From a virus, in the UHGV virus genome UHGV-0059893: DNA of 39,001 nt. One strand, 5' to 3'. The notes beneath the pieces were generated by a model that saw only the letters and a list, made by a program, of their open reading frames with translations, was not told where the DNA came from and searched no databases. Shown piece by piece: positions 7,623 to 17,283 of this stretch (position 1 is the first letter of the stretch; each line of letters starts with the position of its first letter). The position numbers and the translations under genes were made by a program.

Positions 7623-7833
7623 TATTTAGCGCACCCCTAATCGTCTATGCTTTAGGTCTTTGGGGAAGCAGGCAAGCGTTGATAGGAACGATCGTTTACA
7701 TGGTTTGGATTTTTATGGGGCTTGATGAAGCTGAGTACAGAGCGAAAAAAAGACACGAACGCCGGCAAGCATGATCGTGTCAAGGAAATAAACTATCTTT
7801 CTATATTTTACCACAGAAAGGAATGAACCGTAA

Positions 7834-8151
7834 ATGCTAATTGCAACGGATACACTAGACCGCATCTTTTTAAAAGACGAATACAAACTGCGCAATATAG
7901 ATGCGTCAGGAATTTTAGTATTTGATCTTTATGACAATGGAAAAATTGGTATCTATCAAGCAAGTGATATCGAAGAAACAAACCTTGCTTTCGAACAAAT
8001 TGATGATTCTGTGGAATTGGATTTAGATGAGGCAATCCTAGCTTTTGAACAAATTGCAAAATTATTAAAGGAGGCACAAAAGAATGGCAACTCTTTACCA
8101 ACTCAGCGAGTCATATATCAAAGTCCTGGAACTGGCAGAACAATTGGATGA
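7834..8151 (+). CDS. Hypothetical acidic 105-aa protein with an internal LAFEQI duplication.
   Basis: RBS AAAGGAATGA. The 3' end overlaps the Gp157 gene by 68 nt, so the C-terminus is uncertain. Confidence 0.5.
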   Translation: MLIATDTLDRIFLKDEYKLRNIDASGILVFDLYDNGKIGIYQASDIEETNLAFEQIDDSVELDLDEAILAFEQIAKLLKEAQKNGNSLPTQRVIYQSPGTGRTIG

Positions 8152-8563
8152 AGAAATTCTTCGCGATACTCTCGATTCGATTAATGAAGCGATCGAGTAT
8201 AAGGCAGAAAACTTAGCGAAAATAGTTAAAGAAGTAGAAGGGAAAGCTGAGTTAATCGATAGTGAAATTAAACGTCTGCAGGAACGTAAGACATCACTTT
8301 TGAACAATGCTAAGAGTATCAAACACTATTTACAAGAGGAAATGGAAAAGACTGGTAAAACGAAGATTAAAGGTGAATTATTCAACATTGGAATCCAAAA
8401 TAATCCAGTATCAGTCAAAATTAACAATGAGAACTTAATTCCAAAAGGATTTTTTACCCCTGTGCCTCCCAAATTGGATAAAAAGCAATTGAAAGAGGAA
8501 CTGAAGCACGGAGATATTCCTGGTGCTGAACTCGTCCAAACAAAAGGTTTGAGGATAAGATGA
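8084..8563 (+). CDS. Siphovirus Gp157-family protein (coiled-coil partner of the Sak4 recombinase).
   Basis: RBS AAGGAGG. The N-terminal MATLYQLSESYIKVLELAEQ... coiled coil is typical of the Gp157 family. The gene sits immediately upstream of an AAA_24 (Sak4-like) ATPase. Confidence 0.75.
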   Translation: MATLYQLSESYIKVLELAEQLDEEILRDTLDSINEAIEYKAENLAKIVKEVEGKAELIDSEIKRLQERKTSLLNNAKSIKHYLQEEMEKTGKTKIKGELFNIGIQNNPVSVKINNENLIPKGFFTPVPPKLDKKQLKEELKHGDIPGAELVQTKGLRIR

Positions 8564-9093
8564 TGCAAAAAGAAATATGGCGTCCAATTAAAGGTTATGA
8601 AGGATTATATGAAATAAGTAACCTAGGCAAGATAAAGAGTAATTTTCGACAAGGATCCACAACTGATTTTCTTAAAATATCAAATAACGGTAATGGATAT
8701 ATGATGGTACGTCTTTGCAAAAACGGAAAAGCAAAGAAATACTATCTTCACAGATTATTGGCTCAAACTTTTATTGATAATCCTGAAGATAAACCTCAAG
8801 TAAATCACATCAATGAAAATCGGAGTGATAACCGTCTTGAGAATCTTGAATGGGTGACTCAAAAAGAAAATAATAATCATGGAAATCACAATCTCAACGC
8901 AGCTATCTCAAAAAGGAGTGGCAAAGCTAAAAAAATTGTTCAATTAGACTTAGATGGAAATGAGCTAGGACGTTTCGATTTTTTAATAGAAGCTGCTAAA
9001 ACAGTTAACGGAAATTCTATAAATATTAGTAGGGCTGCAAGAAATATCAGAAATAGAGAGACGGCATACGGATACAAGTGGAGGTATGAGTAA
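8560..9093 (+). CDS. Free-standing HNH homing endonuclease (NUMOD4 + HNH_3 type).
   Basis: NUMOD4-like N-terminus (EIWRPIKGYEGLYEISNLGKIKS). HNH core (YLHRLLAQTFIDNPEDKPQVNHINENRSDNRLENLEWVTQKEN). It is inserted between the Gp157 and Sak4 genes. Confidence 0.8.
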   Translation: MMQKEIWRPIKGYEGLYEISNLGKIKSNFRQGSTTDFLKISNNGNGYMMVRLCKNGKAKKYYLHRLLAQTFIDNPEDKPQVNHINENRSDNRLENLEWVTQKENNNHGNHNLNAAISKRSGKAKKIVQLDLDGNELGRFDFLIEAAKTVNGNSINISRAARNIRNRETAYGYKWRYE

Positions 9094-9833
9094 TGGTAAA
9101 AAAAATAAAAGCCGAAGATCTATCAGTCGAAAAAGGAACTTACATGATTTACGCAAATCCTGGTATGGGAAAAACTTATTCTTTAGGATTTCTTCCAGGT
9201 AAATCATTGATATTAGATGTTGACGGATCATCATCGACATTGGCAAAGCATCCTAACAAAGAAAATATTGAAGTGTGGGAATTAGATTCTTCTGATATTT
9301 GGCAAGAATGGCTTGATACTATTTCAGACTTAGTCGCAAATAAATCTTCCTACGAAAAGCAATTCGACAATATTTGTGTAGATAACATTTCTGAATTGTT
9401 CAAAGCGCAATTGGAAGATTTAGGCAAGAAAGGAAAAAATAGTGGTGTTCCTTCTCAAGCCGACTATCAAAGAACAGATTTTATGAATTTGCGAGGTCTT
9501 AGAGCATTGAATAATTTAGATTGCCGAATAGTCCTGACTGCATGGGAAACAACAGACACATATACAGAACCTAATGGACAATTTTTTACAAGATCAATGC
9601 CAGATATAAGATCAAAAATTTTAAATAATTTTTTAGGCTTATGTGATGTAGTTGGCAGACTTGTAATAAAAAAAGATGACGATGGTAATGAAACAAGAGG
9701 ATTAATACTAAAGCCTACTAGTAACGTTTATGCAAAAAACAGATTAGATGAACGTAGTGGGTGTTTGGTGGAACAATTGGTTGTTAGAGCGGGCGGTGAA
9801 CCGAATGTATCAACTCCGACCGTATCAGATTAA
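9093..9833 (+). CDS. Sak4-like AAA_24 ATPase (RecA-fold single-strand annealing/recombination protein).
   Basis: Walker A motif IYANPGMGKTYS near the N-terminus. Size is ~245 aa. Paired with Gp157 upstream. Confidence 0.8.
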   Translation: MVKKIKAEDLSVEKGTYMIYANPGMGKTYSLGFLPGKSLILDVDGSSSTLAKHPNKENIEVWELDSSDIWQEWLDTISDLVANKSSYEKQFDNICVDNISELFKAQLEDLGKKGKNSGVPSQADYQRTDFMNLRGLRALNNLDCRIVLTAWETTDTYTEPNGQFFTRSMPDIRSKILNNFLGLCDVVGRLVIKKDDDGNETRGLILKPTSNVYAKNRLDERSGCLVEQLVVRAGGEPNVSTPTVSD

Positions 9834-11328
9834 GCTAGTTCAAGAAGCCAGAAAACATCTATCTCAAGGAAAAAAGGGAGTATTGATCCAATCGCCACCA
9901 GGAAGTGGCAAATCAGTTGTAATTGCAGAAATTGTTCGGTTAGCAACAAGAAAAGGCGGCACAGTACTATTTCTTGCCCACAGGAGAGAGTTACTAGATA
10001 ACATTCGAGAAACTCTTAAACAAAATGAAGTAGATTTATCAAAAGTCATAATATTGTCAGCTGTAATGGCTAAGAACAGGTTAAATAAGTTGCCAAAGCT
10101 GTCTCTGATAATTACGGATGAAGGGCATCATGGTAAAGCGAAAACTTATATGGATATTTATAACCATTTTAAAGAAATTCCTAGATTAGGTTTTACTGCT
10201 ACGCCATACAGACTCAACGGAGAAGGATTTACAGATATATACGAAGAAATGGTAGAAGGACCATCCATACAGTGGTTGATTGATCATCACAATCTAGCGC
10301 CTTATCGTTGGTACTCTATTCCTTTGATTGATCGTTCTAAAGTAGATTTTAAAAATATGTCACGTGAAGCTGAAAGCTCTGCGCGATTATTCGAGTCAGA
10401 TGCCACAATTCAAGGTGACATTGTTGAAAATTATAAAAAATATGCGGATGGTCAACAAGCAATTGTTTATGCTCCAACGATTCAGGTAAGCAAGATGATT
10501 GTTAAATGGTTTAACGACAATGGAATATATGCAGTTCATGCAGATGGGAAAACACCTACCAAAGAACGTGATGATATTATGGCAAATTTTAAATCGAAAA
10601 AAATCACTATATTATCAAATGTCGATTTAATCAGCGAAGGATTTAATGTACCAGATGTTGGAGTGATTATTCTTTGCAGGCCTACGCAATCAATCGTCTT
10701 ACATTTACAACAGTCTATGCGAGGCATGAGATATCGAGAAAATAAGACTTCGATTGTGTTAGATCATGTTGGGAACGGAGCTAACTTAGGTTTACCTAAT
10801 GATGAATTTGAATGGTCGTTAAGCGCGAGGAAAAAGAAGAGTAATGGAAGTAGCAGCGAAGCGCCTAGAATGACTTGCTCAACATGTGGACAGCAATTTC
10901 TTTTGAAGAGTTTATTAAGGATAGAAAATAAACCCCATTGCCCGTTCTGCTTACAAGAAATAGTAATTAAAGAAAAAGAAAATTCCGTTACTTTTGATGA
11001 AGCGGTTCAAATGGTGGAATTGAATGCAGAAAATGCCAAGCTAGCGCGACTTTCAAGAAAGAAATTTTCAAAAAAACAATCTTTAGAATTAAATTATGCG
11101 ATTGCAAAAGCAAAGGTAAGTTTTGAAGGTAAAGGGAATCCGCTTTTTAAAATGTTTGGCTCACTCACTGCTTATCAAGGACAACATTACTCCATCGATC
11201 AATTAGAAGAATTATCGTTGATCAAAGATGTATCAATGGAATCAATTTTAAGAGCTTATAAATGGGCTTTGGAAAAACTCAATTCAAAACAAGAAGAACC
11301 CGAATGGGTAAAAAATACATTTTATTAA
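9805..11328 (+). CDS. Superfamily-2 DEAD/DEAH-box helicase with a C-terminal zinc ribbon.
   Basis: Motif I IQSPPGSGKS. Motif II DEGHH. HELICc-like region (ILSNVDLISEGFNVPD...QQSMRGMR). CxxC...CPFC zinc ribbon. I place the start at MYQLRPYQIK, which overlaps the preceding gene by 29 nt (the track begins at 9748). Confidence 0.85.
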   Translation: MYQLRPYQIKLVQEARKHLSQGKKGVLIQSPPGSGKSVVIAEIVRLATRKGGTVLFLAHRRELLDNIRETLKQNEVDLSKVIILSAVMAKNRLNKLPKLSLIITDEGHHGKAKTYMDIYNHFKEIPRLGFTATPYRLNGEGFTDIYEEMVEGPSIQWLIDHHNLAPYRWYSIPLIDRSKVDFKNMSREAESSARLFESDATIQGDIVENYKKYADGQQAIVYAPTIQVSKMIVKWFNDNGIYAVHADGKTPTKERDDIMANFKSKKITILSNVDLISEGFNVPDVGVIILCRPTQSIVLHLQQSMRGMRYRENKTSIVLDHVGNGANLGLPNDEFEWSLSARKKKSNGSSSEAPRMTCSTCGQQFLLKSLLRIENKPHCPFCLQEIVIKEKENSVTFDEAVQMVELNAENAKLARLSRKKFSKKQSLELNYAIAKAKVSFEGKGNPLFKMFGSLTAYQGQHYSIDQLEELSLIKDVSMESILRAYKWALEKLNSKQEEPEWVKNTFY

Positions 11329-11345
11329 GGAAGAGGTAATTAATT

Positions 11346-11852
11346 ATGACAGCATTTAAAGTAGATTACAATGAAGCACAAGATTTTGGAGCAGTACCAG
11401 ACGGAGATTATGAGGTAGTTATTTTCAACGTTACGGAAGGTGCCTCAAAAGGCGGCACAGAGTTTATTAATTTTGATATGGTCATCAGAAATGATATTAA
11501 ACAACCACGACAAAACAGTCATCTTTTCCATAGAGTTTGGAAAAGTAAAGAAACTGGCAAATATAATCGTGGGATGATCATGTCACTAGCAAAATCATTT
11601 GGCCTTCCTGATGGAAAGGAATATCAATCATTCGAAAATTTCCTTGAAGATTTTGCTATGAGACCAGCGAAAGTAAAAGTAAAGAACGAACAATCGGAGT
11701 ACAACGGGAAAACGTATGACAATACAAATATTAAAAAATTCGAAACTACTAAATTTCCAGAACTCCAACATCAATGGAAGAAAAGCAACGCTGAAAAATC
11801 TGTAAATTCCTCACCAGCATTTGATATTTCAGATGATGAACTTCCATTCTAA
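11346..11852 (+). CDS. DUF669-like phage protein, a putative ssDNA-binding component of the replication module.
   Basis: RBS GGAAGAGG. Its position between the helicase and primase genes, and the MTAFKVDY... N-terminus, resemble DUF669 genes of Firmicute phages. This is a memory-based call. Confidence 0.55.
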   Translation: MTAFKVDYNEAQDFGAVPDGDYEVVIFNVTEGASKGGTEFINFDMVIRNDIKQPRQNSHLFHRVWKSKETGKYNRGMIMSLAKSFGLPDGKEYQSFENFLEDFAMRPAKVKVKNEQSEYNGKTYDNTNIKKFETTKFPELQHQWKKSNAEKSVNSSPAFDISDDELPF

Positions 11853-14188
11853 TGAATAATTACGAGCGTATTCCCTTAGAGTTGCGTGAGTTAAATCAGT
11901 GGGGGATTTATAAACGCTCATGGAACGAACAACGAGGGAAATGGAGTAAGAAACCTTATGATCCGTTTACTGGAGAATTAGGCAGCAGTACAAATGAGAG
12001 CAAGTGGTCTGATTTCAAGACCGCTCTCTCAGCTGTTTCAACTTTTAATGCAGATGGCCTAGCTTTTTATTTTAAACCACCTTATATAGGTATTGATTTA
12101 GATGATATAGGTGATGATTTAGAAAGGTATCTTCAAGGCGATGTAGAAAATAACTTAGTTTACGTTTTTATGAATTCTACAAAAACATATTCAGAAATAT
12201 CAATGAGTGGCAAGGGAATCCATATTATAGGTAAAGCAGCAATCCCTGGAGAAAGACGTAGAAAAGGGAATGTCGAAATGTATACCGAAGGTAGGTTCTT
12301 TGCTATTACAGGTAACTTTTTTGGTAATAATGAAGAAATTAATGAGATACCTGAAATCCAAATGAATTTCTTATACAAGCGATATTTAGAAAATGAAACA
12401 GTAATAAAACAAGATTTTTCTAAAAGTAATTGGTCAGACGGAAATGACTTATCTGTCAACGAGATCATACAAACAGCGGTGAATTCTTCCACAGGTAATC
12501 GTTTTAGATTATTCATGGATGGAGGATGGGAAAAAATATATGATAGCCAATCTGAAGCAGATTTAGCATTTGCAAATGATTTAGCTTTTTGGACTGCTGG
12601 AGATTTTCAAAAGATGGATGAAATATTCCGAATGTCTTCGCTGTTTCGAGACAAATATGATCAGAAACGCGGAAAGACAACTTATGGAATAGGGCTTTTA
12701 AATAAAGCCATATCTGAGAATACAAATCATTATACTGGCAAAAAAACAGCTGATGATTATTTTCTTTCCATCCCAGGTATCACTGTGGACGAAACTAAAC
12801 CGACTAAGTTTTATAGCTATGATGATACAGGGAATGCAGAAAGATATCTTGATTTGTTTGGATCATTTACAAAATACAGTTACGTAAATAAATGCTGGTA
12901 TTTTTATAACGGTAAAAACTGGGAACAAGACAATATCGGTGCCGTTCGAAAATGGGTAGATCAGACTATCGAGATATTCAAAAACGAACCTGTTTCGATA
13001 CCTAAAGATGCGACTGAAGATGAAGAAAAAGCCTATATTGAAGCAAAAGAGAAACATTTAAGAAGGTCTAGAAATAATGCTGGAAAAGAAGCTATGACAC
13101 GTGAGTTGAAACACCAAGTAGCGATACTTCCTGAAGAATTTGATAGTGATGATATGCTGTTCAACGCTCAAAACGGTTATTTAGATCTTTCTAATGGCAT
13201 TTTATACGAACACGATATTTCTAAAATGTTCACTCGAATTTCTAACGCTGAGTATACGGATAAAAGTGATTGTCCACGTTGGAAATTGTTTTTAGAACAG
13301 ATATTTGACAATAACACTGAATTGATTCGCTATATTCAAAAAGCCGTTGGGTATTCTATGAGCGCATCAATAAGAGAACAAGTCATGTTCATCCTTTTCG
13401 GTAATGGAAGAAATGGTAAGTCTGTTTTCTTAGACATCATTTCTGAAATAATGGGAAGTTATGCCATGGGAATGCAGGCATCGAGTTTGATGGTTAAACA
13501 AGGTGGTAGCAGCGGTCATAACGAAGATATTGCACGATTAAATGGCGCACGTCTAGTAACGTCCTCGGAGCCAAATGAAGGCGTAAGAATGGATGAAGGT
13601 TTAATCAAACAACTAACTGGTGGAGATAAAGTGTCAGCATCCTATAAGGGAGGCCACATGTTTGACTATAAACCTAAATATAAGATTTGGCTTGCAACTA
13701 ATCATAAGCCAATCATCAGAGGGAATGATGATGGTATCTGGCGAAGATTGCCATTAATTCCTTTCACTGTACAAATTCCATTGGATAAAGTGGATAAAAA
13801 CTTAAAAGAAAAACTAATGCGTGAATTGCCAGGAATATTCAATTGGGCAGTAGAAGGATGTTTGATGTGGCAAAGAGAAGGGTTGAATCCACCAGCTGAT
13901 ATTCAGAAAGCTACAATGGAATATCGAAAAGAAATGGATATTATAGGTGCTTTTATAGATGAATGTTGCGAAACAGGACCTGGTTATTCAATCGGGGCAA
14001 CGGATCTATTTAAAGCATACGATAAATGGGCAAGAGATATGAATGAACATCCATTCAGTCAGACCCAGTTTGGTAAGAAAGCTGCAGACAGGTTTGAGAA
14101 GAAAAAAACAAATGGGAAAATTAGTTATATAGGGATTGATTTAAAAAAAGAGTTTAGAGAATTTAACGTATTAGTTCCTGATTTGTGA
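11852..14188 (+). CDS. Bifunctional primase-polymerase / D5_N / P4-type (SF3) helicase.
   Basis: N-terminal Prim-Pol-like region. Walker A FGNGRNGKS. Walker B/sensor region (VTSSEPNE...WLATNHKP) typical of the phage/plasmid primase P4 C-terminal domain. It overlaps the previous stop (TAATG). Confidence 0.9.
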   Translation: MNNYERIPLELRELNQWGIYKRSWNEQRGKWSKKPYDPFTGELGSSTNESKWSDFKTALSAVSTFNADGLAFYFKPPYIGIDLDDIGDDLERYLQGDVENNLVYVFMNSTKTYSEISMSGKGIHIIGKAAIPGERRRKGNVEMYTEGRFFAITGNFFGNNEEINEIPEIQMNFLYKRYLENETVIKQDFSKSNWSDGNDLSVNEIIQTAVNSSTGNRFRLFMDGGWEKIYDSQSEADLAFANDLAFWTAGDFQKMDEIFRMSSLFRDKYDQKRGKTTYGIGLLNKAISENTNHYTGKKTADDYFLSIPGITVDETKPTKFYSYDDTGNAERYLDLFGSFTKYSYVNKCWYFYNGKNWEQDNIGAVRKWVDQTIEIFKNEPVSIPKDATEDEEKAYIEAKEKHLRRSRNNAGKEAMTRELKHQVAILPEEFDSDDMLFNAQNGYLDLSNGILYEHDISKMFTRISNAEYTDKSDCPRWKLFLEQIFDNNTELIRYIQKAVGYSMSASIREQVMFILFGNGRNGKSVFLDIISEIMGSYAMGMQASSLMVKQGGSSGHNEDIARLNGARLVTSSEPNEGVRMDEGLIKQLTGGDKVSASYKGGHMFDYKPKYKIWLATNHKPIIRGNDDGIWRRLPLIPFTVQIPLDKVDKNLKEKLMRELPGIFNWAVEGCLMWQREGLNPPADIQKATMEYRKEMDIIGAFIDECCETGPGYSIGATDLFKAYDKWARDMNEHPFSQTQFGKKAADRFEKKKTNGKISYIGIDLKKEFREFNVLVPDL

Positions 14189-14490
14189 AACAAAAAAAGT
14201 TTCACAAATATAAAAAAGGGATGGTCTAGGGAGGGTTCAGGGATAGTTTTTGATAAACCCTCCCTGAACTTAAACCTTAGAGCTACAAGTGTTATATAGC
14301 TATTAGGGATAGTAGGGATAGTTTTTATATATAGTAAATAAAATAATAAAAATAAGGGTATATATAAAAATACAGAAGCGACCTAGAAATAACCCTAAAC
14401 CCTCCCTAAAATCAAACAATCCCTAGAGTATCAAGGGATACACAGTTTCTAAACCCTCCCTATTTATTCTAAACCCTCCCTGGATTTAAG
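14182..14490. repeat. Iteron-rich intergenic region. It has four direct copies of AAACCCTCCCT plus one inverted copy, three copies of GGGATAG(TTTTT), and a 10-bp hairpin TTTGTGAAAC-A7-GTTTCACAAA. It is a candidate replication origin and/or operator array.
   Basis: Direct AAACCCTCCCT copies at 14255, 14397, 14451 and 14471. Inverted copy AGGGAGGGTT at 14228. GGGATAG at 14240, 14306 and 14315. Hairpin at 14182-14208. All read directly. Confidence 0.6.
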
Positions 14491-14503
14491 GAGACTTCAA
14501 TTT

Positions 14504-14764
14504 ATGGAAAAAGAAAAGAAATGTCTGAAAAGAGAAAACATTTTAAAAAATAATAGAGCCGAAGAGTTAAGAAAAATGTACGGATATTCCCTGAGAGAGC
14601 TTAAAGAAAAAATATATGAAAACAAAGGACCTGAAATATCTATTTCTGCTCTTCTTAATTTTGAAAAAAGAAAAAATGTTTTATGGAAACCTGTAAGAGA
14701 AAAAATGGCAAAAATATATAATGTCACTTTAAGTTATCTTGACGGCGACGGCGAACGCTTATGA
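14504..14764 (+). CDS. Small HTH (XRE-like) regulator.
   Basis: RBS AAGGAGA. HTH-like segment SLRELKEKIYENKGPEISISALLNFEKRKN...YNVTLSYLDG. Confidence 0.6.
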   Translation: MEKEKKCLKRENILKNNRAEELRKMYGYSLRELKEKIYENKGPEISISALLNFEKRKNVLWKPVREKMAKIYNVTLSYLDGDGERL

Positions 14765-15078
14765 CAGCAGAAATTGAAATACAAAATGCCATTCGAAGAG
14801 AATTACCAAAATATGGTCATTTTGTTTATAGAGGCAATGTGGGCAAAGTGAAGACGATTGATGGCAGATGGTTCGATACTGGATTGCCCAAAGGATGGCC
14901 AGATTTATTTGGATGGACTAAAGAGGGAAAATTTTTCGCCATTGAAGTGAAGAACGAAAAAGGAAAGTTGAGACCAGACCAAGTGAAGTTTGGTGAATTT
15001 TTGCAAAAGCAACCTGTACTATATGGTGTTGCACGATCAGTGGAAGAAGCATTGAAAATTGTGGAGGAATCATCATGA
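14761..15078 (+). CDS. VRR-NUC domain nuclease (PD-(D/E)xK fold).
   Basis: Motifs GWPDLFGW and FFAIEVKNEKGKLRPDQ are characteristic of VRR-NUC. Confidence 0.8.
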   Translation: MTAEIEIQNAIRRELPKYGHFVYRGNVGKVKTIDGRWFDTGLPKGWPDLFGWTKEGKFFAIEVKNEKGKLRPDQVKFGEFLQKQPVLYGVARSVEEALKIVEESS

Positions 15079-15236
15079 CAACAGAAGAAGTGATTCAAAT
15101 GCGAATTCGAAGCATTCAACGTGAGGTTGATGATCTGGAGAGGACAAAGGCAGTGATGGTCAATGAAACGGCTAGAAAGGCAATCGATTTGCACATAGAG
15201 AATTTAAGAAGGGAAATTCGTAGATTGGAGGAATGA
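15075..15236 (+). CDS. Small hypothetical coiled-coil protein (53 aa). It is not in the supplied ORF track.
   Basis: An ATGA overlap with the VRR-NUC stop continues the chain of translationally coupled ORFs. Predicted sequence: MTTEEVIQMRIRSIQREVDDLERTKAVMVNETARKAIDLHIENLRREIRRLEE. Confidence 0.4.
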   Translation: MTTEEVIQMRIRSIQREVDDLERTKAVMVNETARKAIDLHIENLRREIRRLEE

Positions 15237-15541
15237 ATGTGGATAAGAAAGCAGCAATGAAACGAATCATCGAACTGACACATTCTGAGAATTGGCAGGA
15301 AGACAAAGAAATAGTTGCAGAAGTCCAAAAGCTCGGTAAATCAATGTGGGCTGAAAAAACCAATCGGAAAACGCCGAGAAAAATTGCAATCTGGCATGGT
15401 GATCGAATTCTAGTAACAGGTACTGCTGAACAGTTATCTGAAATTACTGGATTAAGCAAAAACATTATCTGGGATAGAGCTAGGAGCTTATGGATTGATT
15501 CAAAAGGACGACAATTTAGGTATATGGAGGAGAAAAAATGA
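15233..15541 (+). CDS. Hypothetical protein.
   Basis: RBS GGAGGAATGAATG. Overlap-coupled to its neighbours. Confidence 0.55.
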   Translation: MNVDKKAAMKRIIELTHSENWQEDKEIVAEVQKLGKSMWAEKTNRKTPRKIAIWHGDRILVTGTAEQLSEITGLSKNIIWDRARSLWIDSKGRQFRYMEEKK

Positions 15542-16275
15542 ATTTAAATTTCAGAAGTGTAATCGAAAGAAATTTCGAATTAGTTTATAAGATACCTAAG
15601 GAAGTTGGAGAGCGATATGAGGAATTAACCTCATTTGACAAGGGGAGAGATTTCAACAAAGAAATCAGAGAGTACGTTATAAGTTTTGTAGAACAATTCA
15701 GCGAGTTTCTAACTCCAGAAAATGAACGGCAATTTAATGAACGGCTCGTGAACTATAACAAACTAGTTGTCGAGTTAAAAACCAATATTCTACAAGCGAC
15801 AACCATTCCATCAGTGATGATTTGCGGACCAGCAAATTATCCTACTAGAAGAAAACAAAAAGAAGAAGAACGGATCTATCAATTAGAAAGTGAATTATAT
15901 TCAAACAATGGCAAGCATGCTCGTTTCATTGAGAATACGAGAAAGATGTTTGATCCAGTTATGATTGATCAAAAGATTGAAATTGATAAAAAACGCAAGG
16001 AAAGAGCAGAAGAGAAAGGTTGGAAGGACTTTTACAAAGAATTGAATCATGAAGAACTAGCAGGCTACGGGTTTGATGTAGAAAATAATCGCCTTTATTT
16101 AGTTACTCATGGTAAGCCATCGGATGATGTACGTGCCTTATTAAAAAAAGCTGCATTGAGATGGTCTCCTAGAAATAAACGTTGGCAAAGAATTTTAACT
16201 GTGAATGCTATAAATTCAGTAAATCGTAACGTTATGAATCAATTAGAACTACCTGAAATGGAGGACAGCAAATGA
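15538..16275 (+). CDS. Hypothetical 245-aa protein.
   Basis: RBS GGAGGAGAAAAAATG. ATGA overlap with the upstream gene. Confidence 0.6.
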   Translation: MNLNFRSVIERNFELVYKIPKEVGERYEELTSFDKGRDFNKEIREYVISFVEQFSEFLTPENERQFNERLVNYNKLVVELKTNILQATTIPSVMICGPANYPTRRKQKEEERIYQLESELYSNNGKHARFIENTRKMFDPVMIDQKIEIDKKRKERAEEKGWKDFYKELNHEELAGYGFDVENNRLYLVTHGKPSDDVRALLKKAALRWSPRNKRWQRILTVNAINSVNRNVMNQLELPEMEDSK

Positions 16276-16622
16276 ACTATACACAACAAGAACTGACTGA
16301 TTTATGTCCAAAAGATGTGGCTGAGTTCATCAATAATGAAGTCTTGCCTGAATATGCAGATGGTTTAAATACAGCAGAAAACGTTACAGATTTTATGATT
16401 AATGATGCTATTGATCGTTTGAGATTTTTAGAAATAGATTGTATTGCTTATTATCGTCTACACGCAGAAGTTGCTTTGATTGATCCGTATATTGCTTTAA
16501 GCCAAAATCGAAAAATACTCGTAGCCTATATTCAGACTGTTTTTGATAGTTGGTCTGAGGAAATAAGGACTAGTTTAAAAAAATCAGAAATGGCTTCTAT
16601 TTTGAAGGAGGACAGCAAATGA
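16272..16622 (+). CDS. Hypothetical protein.
   Basis: RBS GGAGGACAGCAAATG. ATGA overlap. Confidence 0.55.
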   Translation: MNYTQQELTDLCPKDVAEFINNEVLPEYADGLNTAENVTDFMINDAIDRLRFLEIDCIAYYRLHAEVALIDPYIALSQNRKILVAYIQTVFDSWSEEIRTSLKKSEMASILKEDSK

Positions 16623-16825
16623 TACCGAAGTTTAGAACTTTTGTCATCAAAGCTGACGGTGATGATCACGGCTGGCTGGATTCATTCAACGGCTGGAATG
16701 ATAGCAACTACTCTTTAAATCAAAAGATTGATGAAAAAGAGGTTGAGTTATTAGAAAGAAAAATTGATAAATTCAACCATGAAGTGGCATGTGGACCGGC
16801 AATTAGATTGGAGGAACAGCGATGA
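16619..16825 (+). CDS. Hypothetical small protein.
   Basis: RBS GAAGGAGGACAGCAAATG (the same RBS context as the previous gene). ATGA overlap. Confidence 0.5.
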   Translation: MIPKFRTFVIKADGDDHGWLDSFNGWNDSNYSLNQKIDEKEVELLERKIDKFNHEVACGPAIRLEEQR

Positions 16826-17283
16826 ATAAACAAATAGACGAACCGCAAAAGCCAGTGGTGCCGAAGTTTGTGGCGGAGTGGTTTGAGGGTAATAAACATG
16901 CATTAGATTTAGCGATTTTTATAGCAATCAGAGGATTAGATGAGGAAGAATGGCCACACAAGACAGATTTTGAGAATTGGTTAGATGTTTCTAAAAATAA
17001 ACCAATTGAAACCCTCATTCGCATGAAAGACGGCTACGAGGTTGAGAAAGAGCCGTTGTATTATGTGAGACTACCATATGAAGTTTGGGATGAAGAGGCA
17101 GCGGAGCTTAAAACAGAGTATTTGTATCTACATTATGAGATCACAAGTGATGAAACTAGAATATTTCCTACAAAAGAACCTAGAAAAGGTTTTGTCGCAA
17201 AATTAGATGAACTTACGATTAAATCAGCAGATGAAAACTACTGGCCATTTGCTGTGCCAGTGGAAGAGGTGGCAGAAAGATGA
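16822..17283 (+). CDS. Hypothetical protein, possibly DUF1642-like.
   Basis: RBS GGAGGAACAGCGATG. The N-terminal MNKQI...VPKFVAEWFE resembles DUF1642 of streptococcal and enterococcal phages. This is a memory-based call. Confidence 0.5.
   Translation: MNKQIDEPQKPVVPKFVAEWFEGNKHALDLAIFIAIRGLDEEEWPHKTDFENWLDVSKNKPIETLIRMKDGYEVEKEPLYYVRLPYEVWDEEAAELKTEYLYLHYEITSDETRIFPTKEPRKGFVAKLDELTIKSADENYWPFAVPVEEVAER

Noticed and set aside
7690-7775. Tiny 24-codon ORF (MVWIFMGLDEAEYRAKKRHERRQA) and the CACGA...TCGTG hairpin in the gap between the excisionase-family gene and the next gene.
   Set aside because: The ORF is too short and has no convincing RBS. The hairpin lacks a U-run. These could be regulatory, but the evidence is insufficient.
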